Source of the DNA: Eledone cirrhosa
Taxonomy: Eukaryota
Reading direction: 5' to 3'
Assembly (NCBI GenBank): GCA_964016885.1
Contig: OZ024740.1
Span: 236,344,001 to 236,408,000, forward strand
DNA length: 64,000 nucleotides
Under the pieces are notes generated by a model. That model saw nothing but the letters and a program-made list of their open reading frames with translations, made no database searches and was not told the origin of the DNA. Each line of letters opens with the position of its first letter. Position 1 is the first letter of the stretch. A program made the translations under genes and the position numbers. Shown in pieces: positions 53,411 to 64,000 of this stretch.

Positions 53411-56185
53411 CATCATCATCATCATTTTACGTCTGCTTTTCCCTGCTTGCAAGGGTGGGACAGGTCCTATTCAGCACAGCACCTCTCCACTTGTCACAGT
53501 CCTTCGTCATCTCCTCCGTCAGCTTCAGCAATCTGAAGTCTGCTCTCGCCACCTCCGCCCATCTTTTTCATGCTCTTCCTCTACTACGTTTTCCTTCTAC
53601 TGGGATTTCTTGGCACTTCCTAACCCAGCGGCCATCCTCCATGCGCATCACATGTCCATACCATTGCAGTCTTCTCTCCTGCACACCACAACTTATCCCT
53701 CTTATACACAGTTTCTCTCTCAACTCGTCTATGCTTGGTCGTTCACGCACATTGCACATCCAACGGAGCATGCTTGCTTCATTTCTCTCCAGCCATAGCA
53801 TATCCTCTGTAGTTACTGCCCATGTCTCACTACCATGCAGCATCGTGCATCTCACACAGGCATCATATAACCGACCTTTCATGCGCAGAAAGAAACCCTT
53901 TTTTGTCAACAGAGGAACCAGCTCCCTAAACTTCTTCCAGCCCGTCCTTATTCTAGATACTATGGCCTCGGAACAACCCCTCCCATCTTAATCTGATCAC
54001 CTAGGTACCGGAAGCTATCAATCACTTCTATAGAACCCACCTGCATTGGAAAAATGTGTCTATCACTGCGATTACTACTGTCAAATTTCCCTGTACATCT
54101 ACTGCATACATAGATTTCCCTACCTGTTAGTTTGCCTGCTATCCCACTACATCTCTTGTGCACCCATTGTGAACATTTGATAGAATTTATGCCAGTTCCT
54201 TTTCTACATATCGAACATGGTCATTTCCCTGATGGAATCAGAGTTTTGTCCTCTTTTCTACTCATCAACACTTTTGTCTTAGCTGGGTTCACTCTCAGTC
54301 CTGTTGATTCCAACTGTTGTTTCCATAGTCAGAATTTCTTCTCTAGCTCCTCTACTGATTCTGCTATAAGAACCAGATCGTCAGCATAGAGAAGTTCCCA
54401 TGGGCAGCTAGTCTTAAACTCCTCTGTTATGGCTTGGAGGACTATAATGAACAAGAGCGGGCTGAAGACCGAACCTTGATGTACTCCTACTTGTATCTGG
54501 AATTCCTCACTAAACTCCATTCCTACTCACACTTTACTGACAGTACCTCACAAGCCATTTCTCTACACCTAGTTTCCTTGGGGACCACCAGATGACAGAT
54601 CGGGGTACTCTATCAAAGGCCTTCTCTAGGTCAACAAAAGGTAAGTATAGTGGCTTATTCTTCTCTAAGAACCTCCCTTGTAGTTGTCTCACTAAGAAGA
54701 GGGCATCTGTTGTACTCTTCCCAGGCACAAAACCAAACTGCATCTCATCTAGTTTGACCCTTTCTCTAATTAGTTGTGCTAATATCCTTTCTGCCACTCA
54801 TAACCTGATTCATCAGCTTTATGCCCCTATAATTGCTCCTCTCCAGAGCATCCCCTTTACCTTTGTAGCAATTTATAAGAATACTGCTACACCAGTCTTT
54901 GGGTATGACACCGCCATATATAGCTTGATTGATGATGCGTGCAACCAGTTTAGTGCCTACTTCTCCTTTCAGCATCTCAGCAACTATACATGACGGTCCA
55001 GTGGCCTTACCATTCTTCATTTCCTTAATTGCCTCTTGGACCCCATATTCATCAATGTCAATAGCTGGTCCCTCTGTCGGGTCTACTGGGGGTAGTTTCT
55101 CTCTCTCCCATTCGTTCTCTACATTCATCAGTCTCTCATAATGATATTTCCAGGCCTCCTTTTTCTGCTCATTCATGACACATCATTCCGGACACACTTA
55201 TCTCAAACAACATCCTGATTTGTACTGACACACTGCCTTGCAATGCAGAATACGCCTCTGATCTTCCCGTCACAGAACATTGACAAACCTCCTACTCACA
55301 GCCTCCCTTTGTGCTAAGTACACCTGACGTCTAGCTTCTCTCTTAGCGGCTGTGTACTCTTCTCTACTCCCACCATTTTTCCAAGTGTTCCATGCTAGTC
55401 TTTTGTCTCTAATGGCCCTATCTACCGTGCTGTTCCACCACCAGGTCACTCTCTGTTTGGTTGGAGTTCTGCTCCAACCAAAAGTTCCTTCAGTAATCTG
55501 CAGTAAGTTGTCATGTAAGAAATTTCAGTTATCATCTATGTCATACGACTCTAAATCATCTTCTTTTTCGTCATACACATCTTGAATGGCTTTCCTAAAT
55601 TTGTATTTTAGTGAAAGGTCTTTTAGCTTCCAGACCTTTCTTTTCCACACCTTCCCGTATGTCTTATTCTGTCTCTTGCTTACTGAGATGTCACTAACGA
55701 CTAACCTATGCTGTGGGGTACATTCTTCCCCGGGGTATGCCTTAGTATTTGACACCATCTGTCTGTCTTGCTGCCTAACTAGCAAGAAGTCAATCTGGCT
55801 TATGTGCTGGCCTGATTTGTAGGTTACTAGATGGTTGGTAGGTTTCTTGAAGTTAGTGTTGCAAATGGTTAGTACACTTGCATCACAAAATTCAACCTCA
55901 CTCCTTCTTCATTTCTTGAGCCATAACCATGACCACCATGTACCCCAGTGTATCCATCCTGGAGCTGTCCAACATAACCATTAAAGTCTCCTGCTAGCAT
56001 AACAATGTCTCCATCCTCATTGCGGCTGTTTCTAAAAGTTGCTCGTAAAAGCAATCTCTCTGTTCATTACCTAGGCCTGCTTGGGGAGCATAAGCAGAGA
56101 TGATTGTCAGTAGTCTCTTGCCTACAACTAATCTAAGCTTAATTATTCTATTACTAACTTTAACTACCTCTATTGTCTTATCGAT
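53411..56185 (-). mobile_element. Large decayed RTE LINE (family A), truncated within APE
   Basis: LAGDFNG, QFGFVPGK, FVDLEKAFDRVP, YADDL, QERRLQWYGHV. Confidence 0.95.
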
Positions 56186-56203
56186 ATCTTATTTCTCATT
56201 CTT

Positions 56204-56322
56204 TTTTCTGATGAAGGATTAGCGTCTGAAATGTTAAGACCCTCTTCCTGCTATATCAAGTGTTAACCTTCCATATACTGTACCTTCCAATACTGTTGTT
56301 TTTTCTGTTTACCTTTTACATA
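56204..56322 (+). ncRNA. Degenerate minimal hammerhead plus tail
   Basis: TTT-CTGATGA-AGGATTAGCGTCT-GAAA-TGT-TA-AGA. Tail shared with 58311-58360. Confidence 0.4.
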
Positions 56323-56436
56323 CATATATATATGAGCGAAACACGGTCACCCGACCAATCTTGCCTGAGGTGGGACAATTCCCGTCTAATCCACTAATCC
56401 ATGCTAGTGTGGAAGATAGATGTTAGATGATGATGA

Positions 56437-56745
<309 letters not shown>

Positions 56746-56754
56746 TATATATAT

Positions 56755-57093
56755 ATGAAAGCACATGGCTTAGTGGTTAGAGCATTGGCCTTGCAATCGA
56801 AAGGTTGTGAGTTCAATTCTCAGACCGGGTGATGTGTTGTTTCCTTGAGCAAGACACTTTATTTCACATTGCTCCAGTTTACTCAGCTGTAGAAATGAGA
56901 TGATAGGGACTGGGGTCCATATCATTCCACTGCAAAGTGATCGTGGAGGTGCCATGGCAAAAAAGCACCCAGCACTCACTGTAAATGAGGTTGGTGTTAG
57001 GAAGGGCATCCAGCTGTAGAAATCAAGCCAGAATCAGTTCCCGTCCCACCCTTGCAAGCAGGGAAAAGTGGACGTAAAATGAAATGATGATGA
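56755..57093 (+). mobile_element. Composite tRNA-derived SINE
   Basis: Same structure as 27303 and 43282. Confidence 0.85.
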
Positions 57094-57099
57094 CATCAC

Positions 57100-57323
57100 G
57101 ATAAATTAACGGAACCATAGACTCCCAACTCTTGCTATTCCTGTCAGTAATGTGCTCAAAGGAGAAGGAATCCCAAGCTCTTTATAATACAATATGTTGA
57201 AAAGATAACACACTAGAGAGAGAGATAGTGCGCCATGGTCTATAGATTCCATACACTGGTGGTTTTTCCCTGTTTCATTGATGGCGCACTATCTCTCTCT
57301 CTAGTGTGTTATCTTTTCAACAT

Positions 57324-57330
<7 letters not shown>
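57100..57330 (-). mobile_element. Inverted-repeat element (50-bp perfect arms, 44-bp spacer) with one-sided tail next to (TA)n
   Basis: 57187-57236 is the reverse complement of 57281-57330. Confidence 0.75.
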
Positions 57331-57391
<61 letters not shown>

Positions 57392-57396
57392 CATAC

Positions 57397-57452
<56 letters not shown>

Positions 57453-58377
57453 GAGTGGGACAATTCCCGTCTAAACCCATGCCAGCGTGGAAGATAGACG
57501 TTAAACGATGATGATGATGATATATATATAAGTATAAAGGAGCATAAAGCATGATGTGCTCAAGTGCATAGATGCTATAAAATAGCTTATGATATAGGAT
57601 GAGACCCTTAAAAGATTGAGGCACAATACCAGTATTTTGGAGGGAGGGGCAAGTCGATTAAATTAACCCCAGTACTTTACTGGTAATTTATTTTATTGAC
57701 CTTGGAAGGATGAAAGACAAAACTGAAACCAGCCCAGCAGGATTTAAACTCAGAATGTAAAGGACCATAACAAAATGCTACAAAGTATTCTCTCCATTGG
57801 TTTCATGATTCAACTGATTCACTGCCCCACTAGTTGTTGTTAATACCTAGTGAACTCATGCCATCAATAATTTTGCCATTAGTGTTGAATATATTTAATT
57901 TTTGAAGTCCAAGCTAGTGTGTGGTATATACCAGGATTACCGAATATATGAACAATCATACAAATTGGGAAATATGCATGTCAATAAATTAGTAGTTTGC
58001 ATAAAAAAAGCCTTATAGTATATATTGATTACTGACACATAGAAGTGATTAAAGATGAGAAAAGTATTTAAATAATTCATTTCTTGAATATAATTACATA
58101 AATCTTCAGCATATATATACATACAGTATTAAATATATATATATATATCCAAAACTTTGGAGAAATAACTATGGGGACAAATGTAGGGTTAGAACACAGG
58201 ACCTTGTGATTGGAAAGTGAACTTTTTATTGAACCAACATTATTGAGATAGGAAATGCTTTGTGTGTATATGTGTGTGAATTTGAAATAATTTCAGATGG
58301 ATATGTATATACATATACTGTACCAATTGTGTTGTTATTTCTGTTTACCTTTTACATATGTATATATATATATATAT

Positions 58378-59212
58378 ATCATCATCATCATAACTGTTTT
58401 ACATCCGTTCTTCCATGCTAGCATGGGTTAGATGGGTTGTCCTGTTGTGGGCAGTGTCTGGTCAGCTGACCATGCCTTGCTCATACAGGAACTGATTTTG
58501 GCTTGATTTCTACAGCTGGATGCCCTTCCTAACACCAACCTCATTTACAGTGAGTGCTGGGTGCTTTTTTCCGTGGTGCCTACACATCCACTTTACAGTG
58601 TGGGCTCAGTGCTTTTTTGCCGTGGCACCTCCACAACCACTTTGCAGTGGGTGGGGAGGGGGGCATATTGTCTATATGCTTCAGCTTGTACCAATGGGAG
58701 GTCGGGTACTCTGTATTACAGCGTGACGCCAGAGGTCACGGTCGTGTGTCATCACCTTTGAGAGGTGTAATTGGGTAAGGTCGGCTTTTATCACCTCATC
58801 CCAGGTCTTCTTGGGTCTCCCCACTCCGCCGTTTCCATTGACCTCTAGTGCTCTGCACCTTTTTATGCAGCTGTCAGCCTTCATACGCATCACATGCCCA
58901 TACCAACGCAACCGCCTCTCCTGCACACAGCATTTGATTCCTCTTATGCTCAGTCTCTCTCTCAATTCATTTATGCTTTGCCGTTTGTGTATATTACTAT
59001 TACACATCCATTGGAGCATGCAGGCTTCGTTTCTTTCTAATCTACGTAAGTCTTCCACCTTCAGCGCCCAGGTCTCACTACCATGTAACATTGGTGTTCG
59101 GATACACGCATCATACAGTGTGCCTTTCATTTTGAGGGAGAAGCCTTTTGCAGCTAGCAGTGGCAGTAGTCTTTGAACTTCTTCCATCCCCTTCTTACCC
59201 TAGTTATTGTAC
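58378..59212 (-). mobile_element. RTE family B 3' fragment
   Basis: LHGSETWALKVEDL...QERRLRWYGHV...GRPKKTW. Confidence 0.93.
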
Positions 59213-59229
59213 TTTCATATATACATATA

Positions 59230-59492
59230 ATTGAAAAAGTGGAGAATAACATGGTCAACAGTACAAAAAAGGGGATTTATTTACAGCCTAACAATTGTTT
59301 CATTGATAAAGATGTCTAAAAATTGCTGAACACTAGAAGCAGTGCCACTCAATTTTAAATACAATGTTAGCTCGATCAGATCTTCAGAAACTCTTGTTGA
59401 GTCAAACAACGTTGTACGCTAAAACTATCCAAAATAAGAAGTATTCACAACCTCTAACTGGATTACCTATTACGATATTTTGTTATCCTTTA
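59230..59492. mobile_element. Collapsed fold-back element (antisense arm joined to sense tail), same family as 27601
   Basis: 59230-59390 is homologous to 27766-27920. 59387-59490 is homologous to the reverse complement of 27601-27704. Confidence 0.8.
59285..59392 (-). ncRNA. Hammerhead variant with canonical core and long stem-II loop
   Basis: Reverse complement: AGTTT-CTGAAGA-T-CTGAT...ATCAA-T-GAAAC-AATT-GTT-AGGCT. Confidence 0.6.
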
Positions 59493-59505
59493 TAAATATA
59501 TATAT

Positions 59506-60076
59506 ATAAATCAGGAAAGAAGAGTAACTGGTTTTCTATACAAAAAAGGTTTTTAATCTCATTGCTGACAATTGTTTCTCTGAACTGGTAGGTCTAGAGA
59601 TCGCTACCCGCTTGTTTTCACGTCATGTGATTATTTCAAATAATTTATTGCTAGCATTGTTAGTATTGCTGTTATTGTTCTGATTGAATGCCATTACTAC
59701 TATATATAGTAGCCATGCCTGTATATTCCTTTCATTCTCACAAGCTCCGATGAATTGACTGGTTACAACTATGTATTGGTGAACGAATGACGTGAAAACA
59801 AGCGGGTAGCGATCTCTAGACCTACCAGTTCAGAGAAACAATTGTCAGCAATGAGATTAAAAACCTTTTTTGTATAGCAAACCGTGTCACTCTTCTTTCC
59901 TGATTTATCATTACTCCAAGTGTTAACAACATAGAAATTACCGCGTACTCACAGCATCACTATGGAAACGCCTTGTTGTGTCAAACTTAGCCAAGCGTTG
60001 ATATCATCCACTACTCAGAATATCCTAACTGGACTACACTTAAGTGGACTACCTATAACAATAATCTGTTACCCCG

Positions 60077-60077
<1 letters not shown>
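59506..60077 (+). mobile_element. Fold-back hammerhead element: about 120-bp arms, 160-bp spacer, 170-bp tail
   Basis: 59506-59626 matches the reverse complement of 59787-59908. (TA)n flanks. Confidence 0.88.
59737..59855 (+). ncRNA. Hammerhead variant (U4>C) with long stem-II loop
   Basis: CTCA-CAA-GCT-CCGATGA-A-TTGACTGGT...ACCAGTTCAG-A-GAAAC-AATT-GTC-AGC-AA-TGAG. Confidence 0.6.
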
Positions 60078-60107
<30 letters not shown>

Positions 60108-61226
60108 ATATATATATATACACACACATACATAGTAATAATAATAAATGTGAAGACTAAAATCATCATCTGCATCATCGTTTAACATCCATTTTCTATT
60201 GCTAGCATGGGTTAGATGGGTTGTCTCGTTTGAGGTAAGTCGAGTCAGGTGACCATGTCTTGCTCATACAAAACTATTTCTGGCTTGGTTTCTACAGCTG
60301 GATGCCCTTCCTAATACCAACAACATTATATATATTAATATATAAACATACATGACGTACTATTATGATTGATAATATTGTTATGCAACAAAATTAGATA
60401 TAATTTAACATATTTAGATGTGAATTGATGGTAATAGTGATAGAACTGATGGTGGCATTGATAGTAACTGCAATATGAAGCCACTATAGCACACCACCAC
60501 ACTACTACTACATACCCACTACATTACCACCACCACTGCTTCACCATTATCACAACACACGACTAGAACATGCTCACACTACCATTACATTGCCGCTATA
60601 CTACAAATCAAAGAGGGAGCTGCTATGGGGGTTGCTCAACCTGCTAGAAATAGAAGTGAATTCCTTAACAAATCCCACTCCCTCATCTTTAAAAAGGTCA
60701 CATTAGATAACATTGTACTGGGTTCTCTGTACATAAATGAGGAAACAACAGAAGGGATAGTCATGGCTGGAATGGCTTTCAGATTATGTCTGCTAGATAA
60801 AGGTTGACCAGGCACTAAGCAACAACAATCACATCACTACCATTATTATACCATGGTGAATTGGCAGTATCGGTAGAGAGTCAGACGCCATGCTTTGCAG
60901 CATAGAGTTACGTCCCTTTATGGTCTGAGTTCAAATCCCACCGAGGTTAACTTTGCCTTTAATCTTTACGGGGTCGATAAAATAAAGTACCACTGGGATA
61001 ATTACTGGCCTTGTAGAAACAATTATTAGGACAGTGGATTGGCAGAATCGTTAGTGCGTTGGACACCATGCTTTGTAGCATAGAGTTATGGCCCTTTACA
61101 TTCTGAGCTCAAATCCTGCCAGAGTTATCTTTACCTTTCATCCTTACAGGGTCGATAAAATAAAGTACCAGTAATGTACTGGTTAATTGCTGGCCTTGTG
61201 CCGAAAGTAGAAACAATTATTATACA

Positions 61227-64000
61227 ACACTATCACTACAATACTACCATTACTATACCATACTACCACTATACCACACTATCACTACAATACTACCATT
61301 ACTATACCATACTACCACTATACCACACTATCACTACAATACTACCATTACTATACCATACTACCACTATACCACACTATCACTACAATACTACCATTAC
61401 TATACCATACTACCACTATACCACACTATCACTACAATACTACCATTACTATACCATACTACCCCTATACCACACTATCACTACAATACTACCATTACTA
61501 TACCATACTACCCCTATACCACACTATCACTACAATACTACCATTACTATACCATACTACCGCTATACTACCACATCACTACAATACTACCATTACTATA
61601 CCATACTACCACTATACCACACTATCACTACAATACTACCATTACTATACCATACTACCACTATACCACACTATCACTACAATACTACCATTACTATACC
61701 ATACTACCACTATACCACACTATCACTACAATACTACCATTACTATACCATACTACCCCTATACCACACTATCACTACAATACTACCATTACTATACCAT
61801 ACTACCCCTATACCACACTATCACTACAATACTACCATTACTATACCATACTACCACTATACTACCACATCACTACAATACTACCATTACTATACCATAC
61901 TACCACTATACCACACTATCACTACAATACTACCATTACTATACCATACTACCACTATACCACACTATCACTACAATACTACCATTACTATACCATACTA
62001 CCCCTATACCACACTATCACTACAATACTACCATTACTATACCATACTACCCCTATACCACACTATCACTACAATACTACCATTACTATACCATACTACT
62101 ACTATACCACACTATCACTACAATACTATCATTACTATACCATACTACCACTATACCACACCACATCACAACAATACTACCTTACTATACCATACTACTA
62201 CTATACTACCACACCACTAACTACAATACTACCATTACTATACTATACTACCACTATACTACCACATCACTACAATACTACCATTACTATACCATACTAC
62301 TACTATACTACCACACCACTACAATACTACCATCCCTATACCATACTACCACTATACTACCACATCACTACAATACTACCATTACTATACCATACTACTA
62401 CTATACTACCACATCACTACAATACTACCATTACTATACCATACTACTACTATACTACCACATCACTACAATACTACCATTACTATACCATACTACTACT
62501 ATACTACCACACCACTACAATACTACCATCCCTATACCATACTACCACTATACTACCACATCACTACAATACTACCATTACTATACCATACTACTACTAT
62601 ACTACCACATCACTACAATACTACCATTACTATACCATACTACTACTATACTACCACATCACTACAATACTACCATTACTATACCATACTACTACTATAC
62701 TACCACATCACTACAATACTATCATTACTATACCATACTACTACTATACCACCACACCACTACAATACTACCATTACTATACCATACTACCACTATACCA
62801 CACTATCACTACAATACTACCATTACTATACCATACTACCACTATACTACCACATCACAACAATACTACCATTACTATACCATACTACTACTATACCACA
62901 CTATCACTACAATACTACCATTACTATACCATACTACCACTATACCACACTATCACTACAATACTACCATTACTATACTATACTACCACTATACCACACT
63001 ATCACTACAATACTACCATTACTATACCATACTACCCCTATACCACACTATCACTACAATACTACCATTACTATACCATACTACTACTATACCACACTAT
63101 CACTACAATACTACCATTACTATACTATACTACCACACCACACCACTACAATACTACCATTACTATACCATACTACCACTATACTACCACACCACTACAC
63201 TATTACCATTACCATACCATACTACTACTATACCACCACATCACTATACTACCATTACTATACCATACTACTACTATACTACCACACCACTACAATACTA
63301 CCATTACTATACCATACTACTACTATACTACCACACCACTACAATACTATCATTACTATACCATACTACTACTATACTACCACACCACATCACTACAATA
63401 CTACCATTACTATACCATACTACTACTATACTACCACACCACTACAATACTATCATTACTATACCATACTACTACTATACTACCACACCACTACAATACT
63501 ACCATTACTATACCATACTACCACTATACCACACTATCACTACAATACTACCATTACTATACCATACTACTACTATACTACCACACCACTACAATACTAC
63601 CATCCCTATACCATACTACTACTATACCACCACATCACTACAATACTACCATTACTATACCATACTACTACTATACTACCACATCACTACAATACTACCA
63701 TTACTATACCATACTACTACTATACTACCACATCACTACAATACTATCATTACTATACCATACTACCACTATACCACCACATCACAACAATACTACAATT
63801 ACTATACCATACTACTACTATACTACCACACCACTACAATACTACCATTACTATACCATACTACTACTATACCACACTATCACTACAATACTACCATTAC
63901 TATACCATACTACTACTATACCACCACATCACAACAATACTACCATTACTATACCATACTACCACTATACCACACTATCACTACAATACTATCATTACTA
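61227..64000. repeat. 49-bp satellite array (about 56 units, runs off the window), nearly G-free on +
   Basis: Unit CACACTATCACTACAATACTACCATTACTATACCATACTACCACTATAC. Period 49 (61234 to 61283). Confidence 0.97.

Noticed and set aside
61174-62220. 348-aa Y/T/H-rich ORF
   Set aside because: It is a translation of the 49-bp satellite. The lack of G and of TAA removes stop codons.

Overview
AT-rich eukaryotic non-coding DNA (intronic or intergenic) made almost entirely of repeats. The repeat content ((TA)n microsatellites, RTE LINEs ending in (ATG)n, Nin/Deu-domain SINEs) suggests an octopus-like cephalopod genome, which is an inference. No host protein-coding gene can be supported. Ordinary content: two large decayed RTE LINEs (about 46.2-49.6 kb on +, 53.4-56.2 kb on -) plus about 10 fragments, two CRE-like endonuclease fragments, a Gypsy remnant with a matching solo LTR, other solo LTRs, hAT and mariner MITEs, many tRNA-derived SINEs, and a 49-bp satellite from 61.2 kb to the window end. 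The main signal is a dense set of short non-coding elements inserted in (TA)n tracts, built as long fold-back inverted repeats plus a one-sided tail (one as a 518-bp tandem), which carry type-I hammerhead ribozyme folds. About 13 hammerhead-like motifs were read by eye, including variants with a 35-65 nt stem-II insertion, palindromic stem III, a mismatched 10.1/11.1 pair and a U3-A8 core covariation. Six more elements come from a family that keeps only the 3' half of a hammerhead. This fits non-autonomous Penelope-like or retrozyme-type retroelements. Activity is untested.
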